A stretch of 64,000 bases of DNA from Planctomycetota bacterium (GCA_038213805.1 JBBQSO010000001.1:1-64000), one strand, 5' to 3'. Shown: positions 27,185 to 38,387, counted from the stretch's first letter. Notes: generated from the sequence alone by a model not told the origin. Translations and numbers: made by a program.

Positions 27185-27419
27185 CTCAGTGTGCGACGAG
27201 CGTGGTTTCCGCCTCCACCCGTCTCGATCAGGTACGGCATCCTGCTGGCGAACCGGAAGCCGGGGCGCACGCCGCGAGAGCAGGTCAGCCACGGGCGACC
27301 GCACTTCTGCGCTGTCAAATTGCGGAAGAATCCACGTGCTCCGCGTCACGGCCACCCCGCACCACGCACTCCGCACTGTGGAGGCCGCCCTCTCCCATCC
27401 GCCCCAGCAGCACTCCCGC

Positions 27420-28397
27420 TCAGGCCAGCCGTGCCGCCAGACGGATCGCCTCGACCAGGCTGCGGTGCGTCGCAACCCCCTGCCAGGCGATGTCGAAGGC
27501 GGTGCCGTGGTCGACCGAGGTGCGCACGATCGGCAGGCCCAGAGTGACGTTGACGCCCTCGTCAAAGGCCAGCGCCTTGAAGGGGATCAGGCCCTGGTCG
27601 TGATAGAGGCAGATGTAGCCGTCGTAGCGCCGGCGGTTCGCGGGCGTGAAGGCGGTATCCGGCGGCAGCGGTCCGGTGACGTCGAACCCGGCAGCGCGCA
27701 ATTCGGCGGCGGCGGGGGCGACGATGCGCGATTCCTCGCTGCCGAACAGACCGTCCTCGCCGGCGTGCGGGTTGAACCCGCACAGCGCCAGGCGCGGCGC
27801 GCGGCGCAGACCGCGCATGCGCACCAGCGCCGTCGCCAGCAGCCGACCAACCGCGACGATACGCGTGCGGCGCAGTGCGCGCGACACGCTCGCCAGCGAC
27901 TGGTGGCTGGTCGCCAACACCACCGCCAAACGGCGGTGATACATCAACATGGCCTCGCCAGCGACCCCGCAGCGAGCGGCAAGCAGCTCGGTGTGGCCAG
28001 GGAAGGGCACGCCCCCGGCGGCCAGCGCGGCCTTGTTGAGCGGGCAGGTGACCATCGCCGCGAAGGCCCCTGTCAGGCAGCCGTCGATCGCGCTCTCGAC
28101 CCAGCGCGCCGAGGCCGCGCCGCAGGTTGCTGACAACTGGCCGGGAACCACGGCAGCGGCATCCAGGAGGACGCCCGGCGGATCGAGCACCTCAGCCGGT
28201 AGCGCCAACTTCAAGCGACGCGCGACGCGCCGCAGCAGCACGCGGCTGCCGACCAGCACCGGCACGCAGCAGCGCAGCACCGCCGGATCCGCCGCCGCCT
28301 TGAGGGCCACTTCCGGACCGATGCCCGCCGGATCCCCGATGGTGATCGCGAGTCGCGGCAAGGCCGTCCCCTGGGCCCTCGGGCTCCTGGCCCGCAT
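27420..28397 (-). CDS. pdxA: 4-hydroxythreonine-4-phosphate dehydrogenase
   Basis: LAITIGDPAGIGPEV, FPGHTELLA, NPHAGE, GPLPPDTAF, YHDQGLIPFK, NVTLGLPIVRTSVDHGTAFDIA. Confidence 0.96.
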   Translation of the reverse strand: MRARSPRAQGTALPRLAITIGDPAGIGPEVALKAAADPAVLRCCVPVLVGSRVLLRRVARRLKLALPAEVLDPPGVLLDAAAVVPGQLSATCGAASARWVESAIDGCLTGAFAAMVTCPLNKAALAAGGVPFPGHTELLAARCGVAGEAMLMYHRRLAVVLATSHQSLASVSRALRRTRIVAVGRLLATALVRMRGLRRAPRLALCGFNPHAGEDGLFGSEESRIVAPAAAELRAAGFDVTGPLPPDTAFTPANRRRYDGYICLYHDQGLIPFKALAFDEGVNVTLGLPIVRTSVDHGTAFDIAWQGVATHRSLVEAIRLAARLA

Positions 28398-28481
28398 CGC
28401 GTCTTGCGGACCAGCGGCCCGCGACCCGCCCGCCCGCTGACGTGCGCTCGCAGCCGCAGCAGTCGTGCTCCGCGCGCTCCC

Positions 28482-28516
28482 GACTTCCGGACTTCCGGAC
28501 GTCCGGACTTCCGGAC
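28482..28516. repeat. Tandem octamer array (GACTTCCG)x4 with one variant
   Basis: gacttccg gacttccg gacgtccg gacttccg gac, just past the pseudokinase stop. Confidence 0.9.
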
Positions 28517-28522
28517 CCCTCC

Positions 28523-31258
28523 TCACTGCTCCCCCACCACCTGCACATCGTCGAGCGACCAGTCGAGGCCGGCGAGCTCGATGTGCAGCTGACTGCCGGT
28601 GGGAATCAGCGCGGCGTCGCACTCGGCGATCACCTGGCCCTCGATCACCACCTGGAGGTGGGCGGCGCGGCTCACTAGGCGCAGATGCAGCAGCTGTCCT
28701 GGTGGCCGCTGCGGACGTGTCTCCTCGAAGCCTTGCTTGGCGTGGATGACTACGCGCAATTCTTCGCCCTCGATACGCAGCAGCAGGTCGGGGCGCTCGC
28801 CGTGTACGCAGGTGATCAGCGCCTGGCCGGGGTTGCCGGTCTCGTGGTCGGCCAGCGTCAGCGCCAAGGACGCGCTCCACGCTGCGCCGCCGACCGGCAC
28901 GTTGCAGGCCAGGGCGCAGGCCTCACCCGGCTTGCCGGTGAGCCTGCCGCCCTCGATGCGCACCTCGCCCGAAAGCGTGTCGATGAACTGGATGTCGCCG
29001 GGGCTGTCGAAGCCAAGCACCGCGGCCTCGCGTCCGAACAGCGCTTCGCGGCGGCGCAGCGCAGCGCCCTCGGCCAGCGCCGGCTCGCCCATCAGCAGGG
29101 TGCGCGCCGCGACCGCGTCATCATCTAGGAGCAGCGCGGCACCGGCGGCGAGCGCCGCCGCGCCCTTGGTGCGCGGCAGTGCGGCTCGCGTGGTCGGCCA
29201 GTCGCCGCGCCACAGCGGCTTGACCGCCGCGGCCTCGCCGACCATGGCCGCGAACTGCCGGTAGAGGCCAGCGACCGGGGTACCGGCGAAGGCGGGTTCG
29301 AGCGGGCCGGCGAGCGCCGGCAGGGTCTCGGGATGGCCGCCGGACAGGCGCAGGCGCGCCTGGCGGCGGGCGTTCTGCAATTGCTGGACGAGCTTGGCCA
29401 GGGTCTCCTGATACAGTGCCTCGGCCTCGCTGCGGTTGCCGGATAGGGCGAGATCGCGCACTTCGTCGAGTCCGGCGAGACGCTGTGCGACCGCCGGCGC
29501 ATCCGACGTCGGCAGCGCGGCGAGGCGCTCGCGATACCAGGCGCTGCCGTCGAGGGCGAGCTGACCGAGGCGCAGGGTGATTGCGGGCTTGATGTCCTCG
29601 GTACCGGGCTTGCCGGTCAGCTCCTGCCCGAAGCGGCGCAGGCGCATCTCAGCGGCGCCCCAGGCGTGATCGGCGACTAGGCCGTCGACGGCTCCCTGCA
29701 CGGCGCGCCAGCGCGCCGCCGGGCTGCCGGCGGCGGGTGCCACCGGGGTCGTGGACTCTTCGCCGCCCCCAGCCGGCCTGGTCCCGCCGGCGTGCGGCTT
29801 GGCTGCCTCGGGATCGGGCCCGAGCAGCTTGTCGAGTCCGCTGTGGATGCCGTGGCTGAGCGACAGCCCGGACATCGCGTAGGCGACGCCGATCACCACC
29901 ACCACCAGCACCCACATGAGCGTGCGGCGCAGGCGGCGGTGATCCTGGGCTTCAATGCGGTCGACCGCGCCCTGGGCGGCGGCCTCGATGCGGCTGCTGA
30001 TCGGTTCGGCCCCGCGCCGCGCCGACGCACGCGGGCGCGGCGCTGGAGGCGGGCTCTCCTTGGCTTTTTCCGGAACGCGCGGCGGCATGGCCGCGACCAG
30101 GCCGCGCACCACGCGCAGCTCGACCAGCATCTCGTCCATGCTGGCATGGCGCCACGCGGGATTCTTCGAGAGCATGCCGTGCACCAGCTCGTCGAGTTTG
30201 GCGGGCAGCGCGAGCTCGCGCAGACGCTCAAGCAGGTTCGGGATGGGGCGGTCGCGGTGCGCCTCGAGGATGGCGCGTGGGCTGGCGTCGTCGAAGGGCG
30301 GCTCGCCGGCGATCAGGTGGAAGAGCACGCAACCCAGGCTGTAGACGTCGCTGCGCGCGTCGCCTTCCTTACCAGCGGTGCGCTCGGGACTAGTGTACCA
30401 GGGATTGCCGACGATCTCCGCCTGCGCATCGCGGGTGCGGTGGCGGGCGCTGTCGAGCACGCTGACCAGCCCGAGGTCGAGCAACTTGACGTGCCCGTCG
30501 CTGGCAAGCATGAGGTTGGCGGCGGTGACACCGAAGTGGAACACGCCCTTGGCGTGTGCCGCCTGCAGGGCGGTGGCTGCCTGGTCGACGACCAGCAACG
30601 CCAGCCCAGGCTCGACGCGCCCGTCGCGCGCGATGAGGTCTTCGAGAGTATCGCCAGCGACCAGCTCCATGCTGTACCACAGGTGGCCGTCCTGCTCGCC
30701 ACAGTCGTGAATCTGCGCGATGCCGGGATGCTGGACGCTGCCGGAGCGGCGCGCGGCGGCGAGCAGCCGGGCCGCGAAGCCGTCCTCGCGCGCCACCAGG
30801 GCGGCGGTGAAAACCTTGACCGCCACCGCGCGCTTCATCGCAACCTGGGTGGCGCTGTAGACCACGCCCATCGCGCCGGCGCCCAGCACAGCCTCCAGCC
30901 GGTAGCCGCCAAGCTCGGTGCCGACCAGCTCTTTGCCGTCATCGGGCAGGGCGGCCTGGCCAGCGGCAGGCGTGGTCGCGGGAGTCTGGCCGTGCAGGAC
31001 CACGCTGGCCTTGCCGATGATGATGCGGTCGCCGTCGAGCAGACGGCGGGGCGAGAATATCTCTTCGCCATTGACGCGTGTGCCGTTGGCGGAATCGAGG
31101 TCCTCAACCCACACCGTGGCATCGGGCTTGGTGAAGACCCGGGCGTGGTGGCGACTGGCTTTGCCGTCGGCGATCACCACTCCGCAGTCGCGCTGCCGGC
31201 CGAGGACCAGTTCAGCGGCAATGGGGAACTCCGTGCCCTCGTAGACCAGGTGCGTCAT
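28523..31258 (-). CDS. FHA domain + Ser/Thr pseudokinase + TM + extracytoplasmic helical and beta-sandwich domains
   Basis: FHA motifs LGR, ASRHHA, DLDSANGT.VNG; kinase G-loop and VAVK intact, but catalytic loop is HFGVTAAN and DFG is DLG. Confidence 0.9.
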   Translation of the reverse strand: MTHLVYEGTEFPIAAELVLGRQRDCGVVIADGKASRHHARVFTKPDATVWVEDLDSANGTRVNGEEIFSPRRLLDGDRIIIGKASVVLHGQTPATTPAAGQAALPDDGKELVGTELGGYRLEAVLGAGAMGVVYSATQVAMKRAVAVKVFTAALVAREDGFAARLLAAARRSGSVQHPGIAQIHDCGEQDGHLWYSMELVAGDTLEDLIARDGRVEPGLALLVVDQAATALQAAHAKGVFHFGVTAANLMLASDGHVKLLDLGLVSVLDSARHRTRDAQAEIVGNPWYTSPERTAGKEGDARSDVYSLGCVLFHLIAGEPPFDDASPRAILEAHRDRPIPNLLERLRELALPAKLDELVHGMLSKNPAWRHASMDEMLVELRVVRGLVAAMPPRVPEKAKESPPPAPRPRASARRGAEPISSRIEAAAQGAVDRIEAQDHRRLRRTLMWVLVVVVIGVAYAMSGLSLSHGIHSGLDKLLGPDPEAAKPHAGGTRPAGGGEESTTPVAPAAGSPAARWRAVQGAVDGLVADHAWGAAEMRLRRFGQELTGKPGTEDIKPAITLRLGQLALDGSAWYRERLAALPTSDAPAVAQRLAGLDEVRDLALSGNRSEAEALYQETLAKLVQQLQNARRQARLRLSGGHPETLPALAGPLEPAFAGTPVAGLYRQFAAMVGEAAAVKPLWRGDWPTTRAALPRTKGAAALAAGAALLLDDDAVAARTLLMGEPALAEGAALRRREALFGREAAVLGFDSPGDIQFIDTLSGEVRIEGGRLTGKPGEACALACNVPVGGAAWSASLALTLADHETGNPGQALITCVHGERPDLLLRIEGEELRVVIHAKQGFEETRPQRPPGQLLHLRLVSRAAHLQVVIEGQVIAECDAALIPTGSQLHIELAGLDWSLDDVQVVGEQ

Positions 31259-31470
31259 GCGCTGCCAGCCTAGGCCGTCGTGCGGGGGCGCCAGCCCAGG
31301 CCTTCCGGCACGCCCGGCGCTCCCTGTCACACCAACGTGTCGGAATGCCAGGGCCCGGGGTGGACGCCCCGGCTGACCATGTCGTTTGCCTCTGGTGTGA
31401 CGCGATTTGGCGTCTATTTTTCCCCTCCGCCCGGCGCTTCCATGCGCTGCGGCGCCCTCAAGGAACCGGC

Positions 31471-34400
31471 ATGCCGCTCATCGAGACCGTCACCAACGTC
31501 GCCAAGCGCCTCCTCGGCACCACCAATGAGTCCGTGCTGCGCCGGGTGTGGCCGACCGTGCTAGAGGTCGCGAAGCTCGAACCGGACATGCAGCTCGCCG
31601 ACGACGTCACCCTGCGCGCGCGCAGCGCAGCGTTGCGCGAGAAGATCCTCGGCGGGGCGCCGCTGGAGAGCGTGATGGTCGAGGCCTTCGCCCTGGCGCG
31701 TGAAGCCGCCGACCGCCGCATCGGCATGTGGAACGCCCTCGATCCCAAGCGCGGCTTCCCGGAGGATGCCTGGGGCGAGGCGCGCGGCGCCATCACGGTG
31801 GCGCGCGAGCAGCTCGCGGCCGGCACCCCGCCCTGGGACATCGACCTGCCGGCCAGCGCCTATGCGGCGGTGCGCCGCCACTCGCCACACTCGGTGCCCC
31901 CTTTCCGCATGCGCGCCCACGATGTCCAAGTGCTGGGCGCGGTGGTGCTGCACCAGGGCAGGATCTCCGAGATGCGCACCGGCGAGGGCAAGACCCTGGT
32001 CGCGTCGCTGACGTGCTACCTCAACGGCCTGGGCGGTCGCGGCGTGCACGTCATCACCGTCAACGACTACCTCGCCGCGCGCGACGCCAACTGGAACGCA
32101 CCGACCCTGCGCTTCCTCGGCGTCAGCGTCGGCGCCATCCAGAGCAACCAGCCGCCGCACCTGCGCAAGGCGATCTACGCCTGCGACGTGACCTACGGGA
32201 CCAACAACGAATTCGGTTTCGACTACCTGCGCGACAACCTCGCCAAGAGCCCCGACGAGCAGGTGCAGACGCGCCGCACCTTCGCGGTCATCGACGAGGT
32301 CGATTCGGTGCTGGTCGACGAGGCGCGCACACCACTGATCATCAGCGGCCCCGCGGTCGGGCGCATGCAGCACTACAAGCCGGCCGACGAGGTCGCGCGC
32401 CAGCTGGTCAAGGACGTCGACTTCGAAGTCGACATCAAGGACCGCCAGATCACCCTCAGCGAGGTCGGCATCGACAAGGCCGCTAAGCTCTTCGGCGTCG
32501 CGAACCTGTACGACGGCGACGCCATGCAGCTGCCGCACTACCTCGACAATGCGCTCAAGGCGCACCACCTCTACCACCGCGACAAGGAATACCTGGTCGC
32601 GAACGGCCAGGTGAAGATCATCGACGAGTTCACCGGCCGCACCATGGATGGCCGACGCTGGTCCGACGGCCTGCACCAGGCGATCGAAGCCAAAGAGGGA
32701 ACCGAGGTCAAGGAGGAGAGCCAGACCTACGCGACCATCACCCTGCAGAACTTCTTCCGCCTCTACAGCAAGCTTGCCGGCATGACCGGCACGGCGATGA
32801 CCGAGGCCAATGAATTCAACGCCATCTACAAGCTCGAGGTGGTGGCGATCCCACCCAACAAGCGCGTGCAGCGCACCGACTACGCCGACCTGATCTTCGG
32901 CAGCGAGAAGGAGAAGTTCGAGGCCATCGGCAAGGAGGTTGAAGACCTTCACGCCATGGGGCAGCCGGTGCTGGTCGGCACCATCTCGGTCGAAGTCTCG
33001 GAACGCCTGTCGGAGCTGCTCAAGCGCCGCGGCGTACCGCACGAGGTGCTCAACGCGCGCCACCACGCACGCGAAGCCGAGATCGTCGCCAAGGCCGGGC
33101 AGTTCGGCGCGGTGACCATCGCCACCAACATGGCCGGGCGCGGCACCGACATCATCCTTGGCGCGATCAGCGCGGCCGAGGCCTTCAAGCATTGGCAGGC
33201 GCACGGCCTGATGCCGAAGAAGCTCAAGCCTGACAGCAGCGCCGCCGACATCGACGAGGCCACCCTCGACCTGTGGGCCACGCACTTCCTTGGCGAGCAG
33301 GACGCCGCGAAACTCAAGAACCAGCCCGCCGACCACGTGCTCAAGGCGATCAACGAGCGCCGCCGCCAGAACGGCTTCCCGCCGCTGCCGTCGCCTTCGA
33401 CCTTCGCGGCCGGCGTCGATGTGCGCCAGCTCGGCGGCCTGCGCATCACCGGCACCGAACGCCACGAGAGCCGACGCATCGACAACCAGTTGCGCGGCCG
33501 CAGCGGCCGCCAGGGCGACCCTGGTTCATCGCGCTTCTATCTGTCCCTCGACGACGACCTGATGAAGCGCTTCGCCGGCCCGATGGTCGCCAACATGATG
33601 CGCCGCCTCGGCCTGAAGGACGGCATCCCGATCGAATCGCGCATGGTCACCAACCAGGTCGAGAAGGCGCAGAAGAAGGTCGAGGAGTTCCACTACGGCA
33701 TCCGCAAGAACCTGCTCGAATACGATCAGGTCGCGAACAGCCAGCGCAGCCTGATCTACCGCCAGCGCCAGCAGATCATCGAGGGCAAGGAGCTCGACAA
33801 GCTGCTGCTTGCGCTCTACCGCCAGTCCACTGACCAGATGGTGCAGAAGGCCGCCGACGACGGCACGCGCGGGCTGGAGCTCGCCAAACGCGTCGCCGAG
33901 GAATACGCCAAGGACTATGGCCTGCCTGCGCCGACCGTCGAGACCCTGCCCGTGAAGGACGGCGGCGACGCCACCCGCGACTTCCTGATGAAGGAGATCA
34001 CCGCGGCGGTCGAGGCGCGGCGCAAGGAGATGGGTGAGGTCTTCGAGCATGTCCTGCGCTTCGTACTGCTCGACACCATCGACCGGCGCTGGAAGGACCA
34101 CCTCTACTCGATGGACCACCTGCGCCACGCCATCGGTCTGGAGTCGTACGCGCAGAAGGACCCGCGCATGCGCTTCAAGGAGGAGGGCTACCGCCAGTTC
34201 ATGATGATGAACGAGCTCATCCATCAGGAGGTCGCCCGCATCTTCTTCCGCCTCCAGGTGCAGGCCGCCCCGCCCGAACCCGAGACCCCCGGCCCCGCCG
34301 GCCACATCGAGGCCGGTGGCTTCCGCCCCGCGGCCGCGACCGCGACCATGTCGGCCCAAGTGCCGGCGATGGCGATGGCCGCGGGTGCCGCCGGCGGTCC

Positions 34401-34497
34401 CGACCTGCTCGCCCCGGCCAGCCAGTCGCGGCCCGCCGCGACCGACCCATGTCCGTGCGGGTCGGGGATGCTGTTCCGCCACTGCCACGGCAAGTGA
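31471..34497 (+). CDS. secA: Preprotein translocase ATPase SecA
   Basis: MRTGEGKT, DEVDSVLVDEARTPLIISG, GRRWSDGLHQAIEAKE, ATNMAGRGTDI, ERHESRRIDNQLRGRSGRQGDPG, SEC-C CPCGSG..CH. Confidence 0.98.
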   Translation: MPLIETVTNVAKRLLGTTNESVLRRVWPTVLEVAKLEPDMQLADDVTLRARSAALREKILGGAPLESVMVEAFALAREAADRRIGMWNALDPKRGFPEDAWGEARGAITVAREQLAAGTPPWDIDLPASAYAAVRRHSPHSVPPFRMRAHDVQVLGAVVLHQGRISEMRTGEGKTLVASLTCYLNGLGGRGVHVITVNDYLAARDANWNAPTLRFLGVSVGAIQSNQPPHLRKAIYACDVTYGTNNEFGFDYLRDNLAKSPDEQVQTRRTFAVIDEVDSVLVDEARTPLIISGPAVGRMQHYKPADEVARQLVKDVDFEVDIKDRQITLSEVGIDKAAKLFGVANLYDGDAMQLPHYLDNALKAHHLYHRDKEYLVANGQVKIIDEFTGRTMDGRRWSDGLHQAIEAKEGTEVKEESQTYATITLQNFFRLYSKLAGMTGTAMTEANEFNAIYKLEVVAIPPNKRVQRTDYADLIFGSEKEKFEAIGKEVEDLHAMGQPVLVGTISVEVSERLSELLKRRGVPHEVLNARHHAREAEIVAKAGQFGAVTIATNMAGRGTDIILGAISAAEAFKHWQAHGLMPKKLKPDSSAADIDEATLDLWATHFLGEQDAAKLKNQPADHVLKAINERRRQNGFPPLPSPSTFAAGVDVRQLGGLRITGTERHESRRIDNQLRGRSGRQGDPGSSRFYLSLDDDLMKRFAGPMVANMMRRLGLKDGIPIESRMVTNQVEKAQKKVEEFHYGIRKNLLEYDQVANSQRSLIYRQRQQIIEGKELDKLLLALYRQSTDQMVQKAADDGTRGLELAKRVAEEYAKDYGLPAPTVETLPVKDGGDATRDFLMKEITAAVEARRKEMGEVFEHVLRFVLLDTIDRRWKDHLYSMDHLRHAIGLESYAQKDPRMRFKEEGYRQFMMMNELIHQEVARIFFRLQVQAAPPEPETPGPAGHIEAGGFRPAAATATMSAQVPAMAMAAGAAGGPDLLAPASQSRPAATDPCPCGSGMLFRHCHGK

Positions 34498-34545
34498 CCG
34501 GCGCCGCCGTCCCCGGATGATGGCGACGTTGTGGTGGATACGCCG

Positions 34546-37500
34546 ATGAGCCGCAGACCCTCGCTGCGCCTGGTGGCGGTGGCGCTGGTCGGGCTGGCGG
34601 CGAGCGCCGCGCTGTGGGTCGTCATGCATGCCTCGGAAGATGCGCGCGCACAGGGCGAATTCGCCGCGCTGTGCAGCCGCCACGCGCGCGCCATCGAGCA
34701 GAGTTTCGCCGACCTCGGCGACGAACTCTACTCCCTGCGCGGCCTGTACTCGGCGAGCCGCCAGGTCGAGCGCGCCGAGTTCCACGCCTTCGCTCAGGTC
34801 ATCATCGGGCATACCCCGATGATCCGCTCGATCTCCTGGACGCCGCGCATCCCGGCCGCAGAGCGGGTCGCTGCCGAGACGGCGATCCGCGCGGATGCGG
34901 GCGAAGATCAGCGCACCCGCGACTTCGTGGTCCGCGAGCTCGCCCCGAACGGCGCAATGATCCCTGTCGGCGCCCGCGCCGAGTACTTCCCGGTGGCCTT
35001 CATCGAGCCGTTTGCTGCGAATTTCGCTGCCTACGGGTTCGACATGGGCAGCGAGCCGGTGCGCCGCGTATTGCTCGAACGCGCACGCGACCTCGACCAG
35101 GTCTGCACCACGCCGCCACTGCGATTGGTCCAGGAGACCGCGCGGCAGTTGGCTGTGGTGGTCTACCTACCCCTGTTCGCCAACGGCACCGTCCACGCGA
35201 CCCCAACAGCGCGTTGCCTGGCGTTGACCGGTTATGTCGGGGCGACCGTGACCATCGCTACCCTGGTCGAATCAGCCTTGTCCAGGCTGCCCGCGGCCGG
35301 ACTGGAGATGACACTGCGCGACGCCGGGGCGCCAGAGGCCGGCGACGTCATCCACCATTCGCGCCTGGGTGGAGGCGAGGCGGCCGCCGGGGCGCGCACC
35401 TGCCACCTTGAGATCGCCGTCGCCGACCGCCACTGGCGGATCGATTTCGCCGCGGCACCGGCCTTTACCGCCCTGCACCGCACCTGGCATGCAGAGCTGG
35501 TGCTTGCCGCGGCGCTCCTCGCCAGCGCTCTGGCCTGCGGCCTGGTGCGCAGCATCGACCGCCAACAGGCGGTGATCGCCCGTCATGTCGCAGAGCGTAC
35601 GCGCGAGCTCACCGCCGCGATCGCCGTCGCTGGCGAAGCCGAGAGCGGACTGCGCCGCAACCAGGCGGCGATGGCGCGCAGCGAGGCGGCGCTGCGTGCC
35701 AGCGAGGAACGACTCCAACTGGCGCTGCGCGGCACCAATGATGGCATCTTCGACTGGGACCTGCGCTCCAACACCTCGTTCGTCTCAGAGCGCATGGAGG
35801 CGATGCTCGGCTACGGACCAGGCGAGATGAACACCGCCGCCGCCGGGGACTGGACCACCAACCTCATCCATCCCGACCACCGCGACCTGGTGCGCGCGCG
35901 CCTGCAGCAGCACTTCGCGGGCGAGAGCGCCTTCCACGAGTCCGAGTTCCGCATGCGCACCAAGGACGGTGGCTGGCGCTGGATCCTGTGCCGCGCCCAG
36001 GCGGTGCGTGGGCCGGACGGCGTGCCGCGGCGCATGCTCGCCACGTTCACCGACATCGGCGTGCGCAAGCGCGCCGAGCAGGCGCTGGGCGAGAGCCAGC
36101 GCCAGTATCAGACCCTGGTCGACAGCCTGGGCGTGGTGGTCTTCCAGACCGATCTGGAGGGGCGCTGGACCTTCCTCAACCCATCGTGGACGCGCATCAC
36201 CGGCTATGCGGTCGAGGCCAGCCTCGACCAACCGTTCCTCGACCTGGTGCGGCCGGAAGAGCGTGCCGGCTGCGCCGAGCGCTTTGCGGCCATGCTCGCC
36301 GGCACCGCCGAGGTCACCCAGCACCAGGTGCGCTATCGCACCGCCTCCGGCGAGGAGATCTGGGTGGCGATCACCGCGCGCCTGCTGCGCAACGCTGGCG
36401 GGCGCATCGTCGGCACGAGCGGCACGCTAAGCGACGTCACGGCCGAGCGCGAGGCCCAGGGACAGATCCTGCGTGCGCGCGATGCGGCCGAGGCTGCCGA
36501 CCGCGCCAAGACGGAATTCCTCGCCACCGTCAGCCACGAGATCCGCACGCCGATGAACGGCATCATCGGCATGGCCGAACTGCTCGCGCGCACGCGCCTC
36601 GAGCCCGATCAGCGCAGTCAGCTCGAGGCGATCAGCACCTGCAGCGGCGGGCTGCTCGCGCTGATCAACGACATCCTCGACTACTCGAAGATCGCCGCCG
36701 GGCGGCTCGACCTCGAGAACGTGCCGTTCGACCCGCGCACGCTGGTCGAGGACGCGGTCGCGCTGCTCGCGCCGCAGGCCGCCGCCAAGCGCCTGGAACT
36801 GACCTGGACGGTCGCCGCCGAGGTTCCTCAGATGGTGCTCGGCGATCCCGGCCGCCTGCGCCAAGTGCTGATCAACCTGCTCGCCAACGCCGTGAAGTTC
36901 ACCCCTGCCGGCACGGTGGCGATCGAGGTGACCGCCGGCGCGTTCTCGGCGCACGGCTTGGAGTTGGCCTTGGCCATCGCCGACACCGGCATCGGCATCA
37001 GCACCGCCGAGCAGGCGCGACTGTTCCAGCCCTTCACGCAGGCCGACAGCTCGACCACGCGCCGCTTCGGCGGCAGCGGCCTGGGCCTGGCGATCTCCAA
37101 ACGTCTGGCCGAGCTGCTCGGCGGCGGCATCACCCTGACCAGCGCGCCCGGCCGCGGCAGCATCTTCCGCTGCACCATCATGGTCGCCACCGCGCCGCTG
37201 ACGCCGCTGGCGGGCGCAACCGTGGTGCAGGACGGGGTCGTAGTCCTGGCCGCGGCACAGGTGCCGGCGGTGCGCGCCATGCTCGCCAGCCAGCTGCGCA
37301 ACCTTGGCGTGACGGTGATCGAGGCCGGCGATGAAGGCGCGGTGCGGGCCGCGCTCGCTTCCGCCGCCGACGGGTTGCGGCCCGGACTGGGCATCCTTGA
37401 CCTCGCGCTGGCCGCTGCGCTGGCGGGCGAGCTGCGGGCCGCCGGGCTGCCCTGGCTGCTGCTCGGCTTTCCCGACGACCGCGAGCACGGCGTCGCTCTG

Positions 37501-38376
37501 GGCGCGGCGGCGACGCTGGCCAAGCCGCTGCGCCGCGAGCAGCTGCGTCGCGCCCTGCGCAGCATGCTTGCACCGGTTGCGGTCGCCCACGTGGATGAGG
37601 CACGCACCGTGCCGCCGGCGCTGCCGGGACGGCGCATCCTGCTGGTCGAGGACAACCCCATCAACCAGCACGTCGCCCAGCACCTGCTGCTCGGCTTCGG
37701 CTGCGCAGTGGCGTGCGCGGGCAGCGGCCGCGAAGCCCTCGACCTGGCGGTGGCCGACCACTTCGATGCCGTGCTGCTCGATTGCCAGATGCCCGAACTG
37801 GACGGTTACGACACCAGTCGCGAGCTGCGCCGGCGCGGCCTGCGCATACCGATCATCGCCCTCACCGCCAACGCCGGAGAAAGCGACCGGGCGCGCTGTT
37901 TGGATGCGGGGATGGACGACCACCTCGGCAAGCCGGTCGGAAGCGAAGCCCTGCTGGCCATGTTGCGCCGCTGGCTCGAGCCGGCGGGATTGGTTGTGGC
38001 CGCGGACGCCACCGGCACCGGCCCCCTGTCGCCACCCGCGCTCGATTCCGTGGCCTTTGCGGTGCTGCGCAAGCAGCTTGGCACGAATGCGCTCGCCGAG
38101 CTTTACCAGCTCTACGACAGCCAGATCCCGCCGCTGCTGCAGGGCCTCGACGAGGCACAGCGCCGCGACGACCACGCCGAGCTGCGCCGCGTGGCGCACC
38201 GCCTGCGCGGCGCCGTGCTGAACCTCTGCCTGAGCGCCTTCGCCGATCACATGCGTCACCTTGAGCACGCCGCAACGGCCGGTGATGCGGTGCGCATCGC
38301 CACGCTGATGGCGGAGGTGCCGAGGGTGGTGAAGCGGGCGAATGAGGCGTTGGCGGGGATGCGGGCTGATGGCTGA
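34546..38376 (+). CDS. Hybrid sensor kinase CHASE-PAS-PAS-HisKA-HATPase-REC(degenerate)-REC-Hpt
   Basis: CHASE (EYFPV.FIEP..N..AYGFD, LVQE); two PAS domains; [40 protein letters not shown]; Hpt AHRLRG. Confidence 0.95.
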   Translation: MSRRPSLRLVAVALVGLAASAALWVVMHASEDARAQGEFAALCSRHARAIEQSFADLGDELYSLRGLYSASRQVERAEFHAFAQVIIGHTPMIRSISWTPRIPAAERVAAETAIRADAGEDQRTRDFVVRELAPNGAMIPVGARAEYFPVAFIEPFAANFAAYGFDMGSEPVRRVLLERARDLDQVCTTPPLRLVQETARQLAVVVYLPLFANGTVHATPTARCLALTGYVGATVTIATLVESALSRLPAAGLEMTLRDAGAPEAGDVIHHSRLGGGEAAAGARTCHLEIAVADRHWRIDFAAAPAFTALHRTWHAELVLAAALLASALACGLVRSIDRQQAVIARHVAERTRELTAAIAVAGEAESGLRRNQAAMARSEAALRASEERLQLALRGTNDGIFDWDLRSNTSFVSERMEAMLGYGPGEMNTAAAGDWTTNLIHPDHRDLVRARLQQHFAGESAFHESEFRMRTKDGGWRWILCRAQAVRGPDGVPRRMLATFTDIGVRKRAEQALGESQRQYQTLVDSLGVVVFQTDLEGRWTFLNPSWTRITGYAVEASLDQPFLDLVRPEERAGCAERFAAMLAGTAEVTQHQVRYRTASGEEIWVAITARLLRNAGGRIVGTSGTLSDVTAEREAQGQILRARDAAEAADRAKTEFLATVSHEIRTPMNGIIGMAELLARTRLEPDQRSQLEAISTCSGGLLALINDILDYSKIAAGRLDLENVPFDPRTLVEDAVALLAPQAAAKRLELTWTVAAEVPQMVLGDPGRLRQVLINLLANAVKFTPAGTVAIEVTAGAFSAHGLELALAIADTGIGISTAEQARLFQPFTQADSSTTRRFGGSGLGLAISKRLAELLGGGITLTSAPGRGSIFRCTIMVATAPLTPLAGATVVQDGVVVLAAAQVPAVRAMLASQLRNLGVTVIEAGDEGAVRAALASAADGLRPGLGILDLALAAALAGELRAAGLPWLLLGFPDDREHGVALGAAATLAKPLRREQLRRALRSMLAPVAVAHVDEARTVPPALPGRRILLVEDNPINQHVAQHLLLGFGCAVACAGSGREALDLAVADHFDAVLLDCQMPELDGYDTSRELRRRGLRIPIIALTANAGESDRARCLDAGMDDHLGKPVGSEALLAMLRRWLEPAGLVVAADATGTGPLSPPALDSVAFAVLRKQLGTNALAELYQLYDSQIPPLLQGLDEAQRRDDHAELRRVAHRLRGAVLNLCLSAFADHMRHLEHAATAGDAVRIATLMAEVPRVVKRANEALAGMRADG

Positions 38377-38387
38377 TGGCTGATGGC
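38364..38387. repeat. Heptamer array (GGCTGAT)x3 overlapping the kinase stop codon; same unit as 1-42
   Basis: Read directly. Confidence 0.85.

Noticed and set aside
31726..31908. Intein in SecA
   Set aside because: Too short, with no Cys/Ser start or His-Asn end.
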